IMG/VR virus record: IMGVR_UViG_3300031823_000009
Location: 1-50,775 of that record
Source of the DNA: a virus
Lineage: Duplodnaviria; Caudoviricetes
DNA length: 50,775 bases
Direction: 5' to 3' (one strand)
In this document: one piece after another, positions 44,571 through 50,775 of the stretch
Numbering within the stretch: position 1 is the first letter of the stretch
Layout of the letters: the number at the start of each line of letters is the position of its first letter
Position numbers and translations under genes: made by a program
The notes under the pieces: generated by a model
Seen by the model: only the letters and a program-made list of their open reading frames with translations
The model's database searches: none
Told to the model about the DNA's origin: nothing

Positions 44571-45212
44571 ATGCCGAGTCTTGATTTTGGTTCCGGTATT
44601 GGTTCCGGCCTCGGGACTATTATCGGGTCGGAAATTGCCAACTCCCAATTGAATTCGGGAATGAATAACATCAACCAAATTGCGCAAGGATTTACTGGAC
44701 AGACACAGCCGTACAACAGCTTTGGTCAATCGTTTCTCGGTCCAGCGTCCGGTGCGATCAACAATATCGGCAAGGTCGCGGGGGCCGATCCGAACTTGAA
44801 CTACAATAATTTCATGAGCAACTATCAAACCTCGCCGGCTGCAAAATACGAAATGGGTGTTGCCGATGCTGCGCAGAATAGCAGCGCGGCAGCAACCGGC
44901 GGTTTGCTTTCTGGATCGAACGAGCGCGCGCTTGCTGGCGTCAACACTGGAATTGCTAATACGTATGCGAATAATGCCTACACAAATTATCTTGCCGGTA
45001 ATCAGCAAATGTTCGGGCAGCTTCAAGGCTCTCTTCAAAATATGTTCAACGCAATCAGCGTTGGCACCACGGCAACCGGTCAGCAAGCCGGCGTGGATAC
45101 GTCACAGATAGCGGGCCAATCTCAAATCGCGCAGGCGCAAGCTAAAAACGATGCTAACTTAGGTATGGGCATTGGTCAGATGCTTGGTGGGTTGCCGATG
45201 CTTAATTTCTGA
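44571..45212 (+). CDS. DNA ejection/pilot protein (P22 gp7-like)
   Basis: TQPYNSFG, YQTSPAAKY, NSSAAATGGLLSG; G/N/Q/A-rich. Confidence 0.7.
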   Translation: MPSLDFGSGIGSGLGTIIGSEIANSQLNSGMNNINQIAQGFTGQTQPYNSFGQSFLGPASGAINNIGKVAGADPNLNYNNFMSNYQTSPAAKYEMGVADAAQNSSAAATGGLLSGSNERALAGVNTGIANTYANNAYTNYLAGNQQMFGQLQGSLQNMFNAISVGTTATGQQAGVDTSQIAGQSQIAQAQAKNDANLGMGIGQMLGGLPMLNF

Positions 45213-45381
45213 ATTCTGAACGTAGATACAAATAACTTACTAAAATAATTGAAAGTGCAGCAAGTCCAATTGCGAACACAAAGTTTTGCGATAGCGCCGC
45301 TGTTATGAGGTAAGTTAGTATAGCGGTTGGGGCCGCTATTATTCCTAGTATCATTCCAACTATTTCTGGTTTTTCATTCAC
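45202..45381 (-). CDS. Small two-TM membrane protein (59 aa, unlisted)
   Basis: GTG overlaps the polymerase TGA; MNEKPEIVGMILGIIAAPTAILTYLITAA... Confidence 0.5.
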   Translation of the reverse strand: MNEKPEIVGMILGIIAAPTAILTYLITAALSQNFVFAIGLAALSIILVSYLYLRSEFRN

Positions 45382-47339
45382 TTACATACCCTTTCTGACT
45401 CATACCCGTCACAACCAAGAAGTAGCCCTGCGGTCCAATGCCGAGGTCTTTTCATGATCTCTCGTATTTGTGCAGAACGCTCTTTCGCCACATATGCGGA
45501 AGCAAGGGCGAGAATACTGTCGTATACGTCCAGCAAGAGCACAACATCTGGCAACTCCTTTTCAATGTCATCTTCTGCGGCTGTTACTAAATCACGCGTC
45601 ATGCACTGACAAGAAATTTCTAATAAGGAGCCCCCGAACGCTTTTTGGCGGTACATAGCGCCAAATTTGGCGCGGAAGAAGGCCATTTCGCCGGTGTATG
45701 TTATATGCGCTGAGTAGTGCGGCACGGCGCGCCTGGATGGAAGTAGCATCCATACAGTTCCATACGCGTCCTTTTGAAATGCAACTTTGCCGGCATGGAA
45801 TATACGGCCGGGAGCTTCATAGATTGCAAATTTAAAAGCGTCGGCTAGATCATACCAAAGTTGTACCAGTAGCGGATTTCCTTTTCTGTAGCCGTCTATA
45901 TCTGTACGTGCTTTTGTTTCAGTTAATTCGTGTTTTTTCAGTCCGTTTTCGGCCACAGTTTTGATTAAATACGCTAAATATGTTTTCCATCCTAATTGAT
46001 AATTTCCACCGAGTGTCACGCTTTTGAATGTTTGACGTTCCTTGGGATGCGTTGATTTCGTTGCGTTTTGCGGCAATCCTAGACAGTTTATTGCATTGTA
46101 CATGTACAAATCTTTGCCGGTGGCTAAAATGTTAAGGCGATCAGTATCTCCGGCCTGCCATAAAGCGATACGTAGTTCGGCTTGTTCGAGATCATTATCC
46201 ATTATTGTCCAGCCCGAGGGTGCTACAATGCATCCACGAAGACAATCTTTCAGAGCTGTATTGTCATACTGAAAGCCTTGCTTCAGCCCAGCAATTACGC
46301 TATCGATCGTCGGACGGCCTTCTTTGCCATCATATCTGCCAGAAGGCCGAGCGATGTTGAACATGTTGGTGCCTTCTGACGTACCACGACCGGATCGCGC
46401 ACCAAAATAACGTGTTGCGTCTTTATACCATCCGCCAACATGTCGATTTAGAAGTGACTGTGCTTTGAGCGGCGCAGAGCCACCTTCTACTTGCAAGAGT
46501 TCAAGTATAAGCCGCACGTCCGGATGCAGATCTTCATCGCTTAATTTTTCGGCTACTACGTGCTTTTGTGTATTCTCCAGTCCAGCGGCGCGGTTACCGC
46601 CATTGCACCATTCGATAATTTTTTGCCGTTGCGACAGCTTGGTCACGGCATTGTTCGTTAGCTCCATTAATTTTATCGTAGTTTCATGTTCAATTGCTTG
46701 GCGACGCAGTGCAATTGCAGTTACCAACTGAATATCTATTGGCAACCCGATTTCGTTTTTGCGCCATGTACGTTCGAATATTAATCGTTCGTACGGCGGA
46801 AGCGGCGGCAACCGTTTGTCTAGCTCTTCTAAGCAATACGTATCCTGAACGTTGTATTCTAGCAACTTAGCAAATATATCTGCGTCCTCGTTAAATGCGC
46901 CATTTCTTTGCGGTCTACATGTCGCATTTACTAATGCTCGTCCACGTGGGTCTTTTCCACTGATACCCAATGTCATACATATTGCGTCCAAGCCCCCCGG
47001 TAGTGCAAGACTCTGAGCCCTCGCCATTGTACAATCGATCTTGTACAGCGGAATCTCGACAAATGGATTTTGATGACGCAGTACGTTCACATCAAAATTA
47101 GCGTTGTGCGCTACGAATCGTGTACAAATCCGAATATCGTCATAAAGTACATGAATTAGATGCGTGCCAAGGAAAGGGTGCACTGTGCATGCAGTTTTTA
47201 ATTGACCTTGAAAACGCCATACGGCTGTTGTGACCTGTGTCGAAGCGTCCGCTGCGTAACGCCTTGCGCCAGCCGCTTTAAGATCAACACGGCTTCGCGT
47301 TTCAACATCGACTAGGAGGTCGTTAGAATGGAGCATCAT
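45378..47339 (-). CDS. polA: Family A DNA polymerase with 3'-5' exonuclease
   Basis: Exo DVETRS, AHNANFD, YNVQD; motif A DLEQAELR; motif B RQTFKSVTLGGNY; motif C LDVYDS. Confidence 0.9.
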   Translation of the reverse strand: MMLHSNDLLVDVETRSRVDLKAAGARRYAADASTQVTTAVWRFQGQLKTACTVHPFLGTHLIHVLYDDIRICTRFVAHNANFDVNVLRHQNPFVEIPLYKIDCTMARAQSLALPGGLDAICMTLGISGKDPRGRALVNATCRPQRNGAFNEDADIFAKLLEYNVQDTYCLEELDKRLPPLPPYERLIFERTWRKNEIGLPIDIQLVTAIALRRQAIEHETTIKLMELTNNAVTKLSQRQKIIEWCNGGNRAAGLENTQKHVVAEKLSDEDLHPDVRLILELLQVEGGSAPLKAQSLLNRHVGGWYKDATRYFGARSGRGTSEGTNMFNIARPSGRYDGKEGRPTIDSVIAGLKQGFQYDNTALKDCLRGCIVAPSGWTIMDNDLEQAELRIALWQAGDTDRLNILATGKDLYMYNAINCLGLPQNATKSTHPKERQTFKSVTLGGNYQLGWKTYLAYLIKTVAENGLKKHELTETKARTDIDGYRKGNPLLVQLWYDLADAFKFAIYEAPGRIFHAGKVAFQKDAYGTVWMLLPSRRAVPHYSAHITYTGEMAFFRAKFGAMYRQKAFGGSLLEISCQCMTRDLVTAAEDDIEKELPDVVLLLDVYDSILALASAYVAKERSAQIREIMKRPRHWTAGLLLGCDGYESERVCK

Positions 47340-48010
47340 CGTGGTGCCAGCATAAATAATTTTTCAATAGTGCACTGTTCTCGTTTAATTGTATGCATAT
47401 CCGACTTACTTTTGAACTCGCGTAGAACATACCAAGGTGGTCCTGAAAACTCACTAACAAAAACAAGCACTCCGCGTGACGCTTGCCAGTTACACCAATC
47501 CCAAAATACGGCATGATCAAAATCCTTAGTTCCTTTATACTTTGTTGTACCCGCATACGGTGGATCACAATAAATTGTATCGCCAAAACGTGCGGGCGTC
47601 CAAAAATAATCACGATGCGTAAATTTTACATTGCGAGTTGCGGCTATCTTTTTAGCAAGTGACCGTTTACCATCCATAGCGTAGTTCCGTTTCTTACCTC
47701 TCGCGTAGCCGCCGAACCACTTACCACCAAAAGAACAGCAGAATCCTGCGAAAGATTCGAGCGGAGTGCCAGCCCCACGCACAGAATTGTAAGTTTCTTC
47801 GGTAACGAAGTCTGGCGGCTCCCAACCAGCTCGCAAAGCAGATACTAATCGCGTCAGCGGTTCGAAACAATCACTGGCATACGTGGGCTGCAACGCAACA
47901 GTAGAACTCATTCCGCCATGGAAGGGCTCAAACAGCCTTCCCTGCACGCGTGGAATTATTTCGGCGGCCAATAGTTTCGCAATTCTATGTTTACCTCCAA
48001 GATAATACAT
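47336..48010 (-). CDS. dam: Dam-like (D12 class) DNA adenine methyltransferase
   Basis: YLGGK, EPFHGG, IYCDPPY, FDHAVFW, VFVSE. Confidence 0.88.
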   Translation of the reverse strand: MYYLGGKHRIAKLLAAEIIPRVQGRLFEPFHGGMSSTVALQPTYASDCFEPLTRLVSALRAGWEPPDFVTEETYNSVRGAGTPLESFAGFCCSFGGKWFGGYARGKKRNYAMDGKRSLAKKIAATRNVKFTHRDYFWTPARFGDTIYCDPPYAGTTKYKGTKDFDHAVFWDWCNWQASRGVLVFVSEFSGPPWYVLREFKSKSDMHTIKREQCTIEKLFMLAPR

Positions 48011-48025
48011 AGTTAATTCAGCTTG

Positions 48026-48058
48026 AAAAAGAGCTCGGAAGCCGAAGCCTCCGAGCTT
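48026..48058 (-). terminator. Rho-independent terminator after the SSB gene
   Basis: Minus strand AGCTCGGAGGC-TTCG-GCTTCCGAGCT followed by CTTTTT. Confidence 0.8.
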
Positions 48059-48075
48059 AGTTGGGGAGGCTCTGC

Positions 48076-48810
48076 TTATCGTAGTGGCCAAAGCGGCGGC
48101 TGAAATTGACCGGGATTAGAAGGGAATGCTGATGCATTCTGTTGTGGTGTCGGGGTAAATCCGTTCGTTGGGGGTGTATTCCCGTGAGTAAAACCCGGCG
48201 AGAAACTGCCAAATCCTGGCGATCCGGAGAATCCCGTAACTTGCAAACCCTGTTTCTGTGCCTGTTGCATGAGTTCGGCACCGCTAACTGAGTTCGCAAA
48301 TACGATTTCTTCGCCTGGCGAGGAAAATACGACCGCACTGAGATAGAGTTTCACGCCGCGAGGATCGTTTTTCTTGACAGTCGCAGTGACGCCCACCATT
48401 ACATAGTCACCGCTCTTCACTGCATTTGTTCTCTCCGGCATTTTTACAAGCTGACCGTTGGCCTGCGCTATTTCGACAGGTGGCGGTCTATCAGTATTTG
48501 CGCTGAACAACCAGTGTCCTTTGGCAAATTCCGATGATTTGCCTTCTGGATTTGGCAGGTCGCCATCTACGATCGGCCAAGTCACGATATGCGGAGCGCT
48601 TTGGTAGATTTTGCCGCACGCCTGTACGACGCCGGCTAGTGCGGGCTCTGCGTGCCACGTCGGCTGTGTTTTCTTTACCAAGAACATTGCGAAGTAGTTA
48701 GGTTTCTGAGTTTTTTGTCCCCTGAATGTGTCAGATGGAATCCAAAGATGCCGCATATCTGCGATACGTGCATTGAATACCGTTGCTGCTTCATATTGTC
48801 GCTGTGCCAT
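48076..48810 (-). CDS. ssb: Single-stranded DNA-binding protein (DUF2815 / T7 gp2.5-like)
   Basis: WPIVDGD, KGHW, VKSGDY, GVKLYLSAV; AAGGA RBS; between nuclease and polymerase. Confidence 0.75.
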   Translation of the reverse strand: MAQRQYEAATVFNARIADMRHLWIPSDTFRGQKTQKPNYFAMFLVKKTQPTWHAEPALAGVVQACGKIYQSAPHIVTWPIVDGDLPNPEGKSSEFAKGHWLFSANTDRPPPVEIAQANGQLVKMPERTNAVKSGDYVMVGVTATVKKNDPRGVKLYLSAVVFSSPGEEIVFANSVSGAELMQQAQKQGLQVTGFSGSPGFGSFSPGFTHGNTPPTNGFTPTPQQNASAFPSNPGQFQPPLWPLR

Positions 48811-48873
48811 AGTCAGTTTTCCTTTTGTCAGATTTGCCAATGTCTGTACATATACACTACTGAACGCAGTTAG

Positions 48874-49053
48874 TCAAGACTTAATGGCTAAGCAGAAAGC
48901 GCGTTCCTGACCGCGGATAGTGGCGATCCACTGCGCTAAGACTAATGGAACATTCCCTGGTTCACAATCATGTATATCGTAAAAAATGCGCAGCGCTATT
49001 TCGTAATCGGAAACTTCCAATTCCATATCTTCGTCTCGTTCGAAACTGTTCAT
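48874..49053 (-). CDS. Hypothetical protein (59 aa, unlisted)
   Basis: MNSFERDEDMELEVSDYEIALRIF...; starts 1 nt after the nuclease stop. Confidence 0.55.
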   Translation of the reverse strand: MNSFERDEDMELEVSDYEIALRIFYDIHDCEPGNVPLVLAQWIATIRGQERAFCLAIKS

Positions 49054-49054
49054 G

Positions 49055-50005
49055 TCAGTAGCTCGCTTTCAGTTTGCCGGGAGGCCGATGCACGCCGACT
49101 ACAGCGTATTGCTTGGCGGCAAGTCCAAGCTTTTCTGCTTGCGCTGGAGTAAGAGGGCGCACGCCTTTCATGCCGTAATGCTGATGTAGATATGTTGCTG
49201 CTTGCGTTAAATCGTTCCACACACGCCAAGCATGTACGGGCTTCAATGCCGCACCTTCGGCCGTCCGACCCATCTTCAAGTGCGCCGTCAATGTGTCTTC
49301 ATAGACGGGCTTCACGTCGCCAAGAGCGCGAATCATCCGCAACAATCTTACCAATTCTTGGGTCGTCAAGTCTTCCGGACGGCGCGATACGGCGCCTACG
49401 ACGAAACCGGCATCTGTAGACATTGCAGGGCATACCTGAAACGCGCTGCACCATCGGCAGTGGGGCCCCGGTTTTGGGGCACTGCGATCGGCAATAGCAG
49501 TCAATACGCGCTGCCGGTGCGCCTCAACTTCTGATCGATGCGCAATCCATTGTTTCCAAGGTTCTTCATCCAACCCGTTTGGTTGGTAAATCACGAATCG
49601 CCACCAAGAAGCGTCGTTAAGAGGAAGCAAAGCAGCGGCGTACGTCAACATTTGCTTGTTATGGAACGCTGGAACATCCCATTTACCGAATTTTGCGTCG
49701 ATGATGGTTACTATATTCCATCCATCACGCCAACCATGAGAAAGTATATCGATCGTACCGCCGCAGTTTTCGGCGACTCTCACCCGGAATTCGTGAATTG
49801 TAGACGCCGGATTTTCCAACTGTTTAATAAATGATTCAACTTCCGAAATGTCGCCTTCTTGCACGTCAACATGGGCTTCTGTACCGGCTTCCGCGGCTTC
49901 AATTGTGCTTGCTTTTTTAGGTGGATTGGGCACGGCATTTAGTGCAGACCATGAGCATTCAAGCCACGTCGCGGCCGATGACGCTGCGAAAATGTCGTGC
50001 TCCAT
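49055..50005 (-). CDS. DUF2800 / Cas4-like PD-(D/E)xK exonuclease
   Basis: SSAATWLEC, GTEAH, GTID, IDAKFG, QMLTYA, IYQP, HCRWC.....C. Confidence 0.85.
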   Translation of the reverse strand: MEHDIFAASSAATWLECSWSALNAVPNPPKKASTIEAAEAGTEAHVDVQEGDISEVESFIKQLENPASTIHEFRVRVAENCGGTIDILSHGWRDGWNIVTIIDAKFGKWDVPAFHNKQMLTYAAALLPLNDASWWRFVIYQPNGLDEEPWKQWIAHRSEVEAHRQRVLTAIADRSAPKPGPHCRWCSAFQVCPAMSTDAGFVVGAVSRRPEDLTTQELVRLLRMIRALGDVKPVYEDTLTAHLKMGRTAEGAALKPVHAWRVWNDLTQAATYLHQHYGMKGVRPLTPAQAEKLGLAAKQYAVVGVHRPPGKLKASY

Positions 50006-50014
50006 TTTTGCCTC

Positions 50015-50350
50015 CTAAGTTGACTGCCCCTTTAGCATTTCAGCGACGGTCGCCGGGTCATCCTTACGATGCCGACCGCGATCTGGGTCACCATCGCCGT
50101 GCTCTTTGCGATAGCGCTCGAATTCGTCTGCTAAACGTCGCACGGCATCGGCATAGCCATGAGTCATTACACGTGCCAACGCCGAATCTGCATAGGCTCG
50201 CAGTGCTGCTGGGGCACACGGATCGCGTGCGCCAAGAACAAAATGCGGCCACTCAACTACCGTACCGTCGCGGCGTTTAACTAAGTACTTGCCTTCTGGC
50301 GTTTCTGGATCGTCACGCCACAAGCCGTGCATCACTGGTTTGTATGTCAT
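50015..50350 (-). CDS. Conserved phage hypothetical protein
   Basis: AAGGAGG RBS; KYLVKRRDG...FVLGARDP.A.AALRAYA. Confidence 0.7.
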   Translation of the reverse strand: MTYKPVMHGLWRDDPETPEGKYLVKRRDGTVVEWPHFVLGARDPCAPAALRAYADSALARVMTHGYADAVRRLADEFERYRKEHGDGDPDRGRHRKDDPATVAEMLKGQST

Positions 50351-50370
50351 TTTTCCTTACCTCCTTAATG

Positions 50371-50442
50371 TGGGGTTCCCCGTGCGGCGTTTGCATCCGC
50401 TTCGCCCGTCTGCCGGGACTCTACTATATGAGCTAACGGGGA
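50371..50442 (-). ncRNA. tRNA-like element with shortened anticodon arm
   Basis: Acceptor TCCCCGT/ACGGGGA, TA linker, D arm GCTC-ATATAGTA-GAGT, short arm CCCG-GCAGA-CGGG, T-like arm GCGG..TGCAAAC..CCGC, 3' ACCCCA. Confidence 0.6.
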
Positions 50443-50449
50443 ATTTCGA

Positions 50450-50648
50450 TTACGCGCCTACCAGCTTGGCGATATTCTCCAGCGCCGGCACGGCCATACG
50501 TGGGAGAAATATCGTCTTGATCTGGTCCATCGTGGCCAATGCGGCTTCACTGCCACATTGCGACCGGAACCAGTTCAGTGCCGGTTCAGTAGGTTGGCCA
50601 TTAGCGAGCGAGCCGTCGATTTTAGTAACAATCCGCTGAACAAGGCCG
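50450..50648 (-). CDS. 3' part of the junction-spanning hypothetical protein (start at 221)
   Basis: In-frame continuation through the 127-bp overlap. Confidence 0.8.
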
Positions 50649-50775
50649 TGAACGGCCGGGTCTGCAGCGCTGTGAGCGGGAAATGGATTGCTATGTCCAA
50701 AGCCTTGGCTAGGGGACGGTGCAAATTGGTGTGCTGTCGCGGCAGGCGGCATGATCGGCGCCGGGGCCTGTGCAT
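50649..50775. repeat. Terminal direct repeat, right copy
   Basis: Identical to 1-127. Confidence 0.95.

Noticed and set aside
12016-44716. Many long antisense or alternate-frame ORFs in the track (e.g. 12016..12762, 16525..17160, 20213..21028, 23832..24443, 39246..39884)
   Set aside because: They shadow well-supported genes in GC-rich coding DNA and lack RBSs or recognisable motifs.
50015-50350. Possible anti-defence sponge (Tad1/Acb2-like)
   Set aside because: Motifs do not match the Tad1/Acb2 pattern as recalled; left as hypothetical pending a structure search.
286-50648. Alternative genetic code or stop-codon reassignment
   Set aside because: Core genes are full length under the standard code and use TAA, TAG and TGA as stops.

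Overview
This window is an apparently complete, circularly assembled genome (about 50,648 bp unique; bases 1-127 repeat exactly at 50649-50775) of a tailed dsDNA phage. P22-like gp4/gp10/ejection proteins and the lack of tape measure, tube or sheath genes point to a podovirus. An alphaproteobacterial host is inferred from a GcrA-like protein, a COG5526-type lysozyme and an FtsZ-tail-like peptide. A leftward replication arm wraps across the contig ends: SF2 helicase, primase-AAA helicase, family A DNA polymerase, DUF2815 SSB, DUF2800/Cas4-like nuclease and two adenine methyltransferases. Arrays of small genes flank a CCTTAGGG-repeat region at about 7.7-7.95 kb. Morphogenesis genes are unusually scattered and the portal/GroES/scaffold block is inverted. 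No integrase, ParA/ParB or CRISPR was recognised. Main observations: (1) four tailspike, fibre or adhesin-like proteins carry Sec signal peptides and even cysteine counts, alongside an O-antigen-ligase/O-oligosaccharyltransferase gene in the virion operon, suggesting periplasmic folding and glycosylation of phage proteins; (2) a perfect chromosomal parS site beside a Tad2-like gene; (3) an unlisted 48-aa ORF containing the FtsZ C-terminal core motif LDIPDFLRR; (4) a recurrent ATGCC(A/G)TGGGA / MPWE motif at small-gene junctions; (5) a tRNA-like element with a shortened anticodon arm and other structured non-coding segments. All functional calls come from motifs read by eye; no database searches were run.
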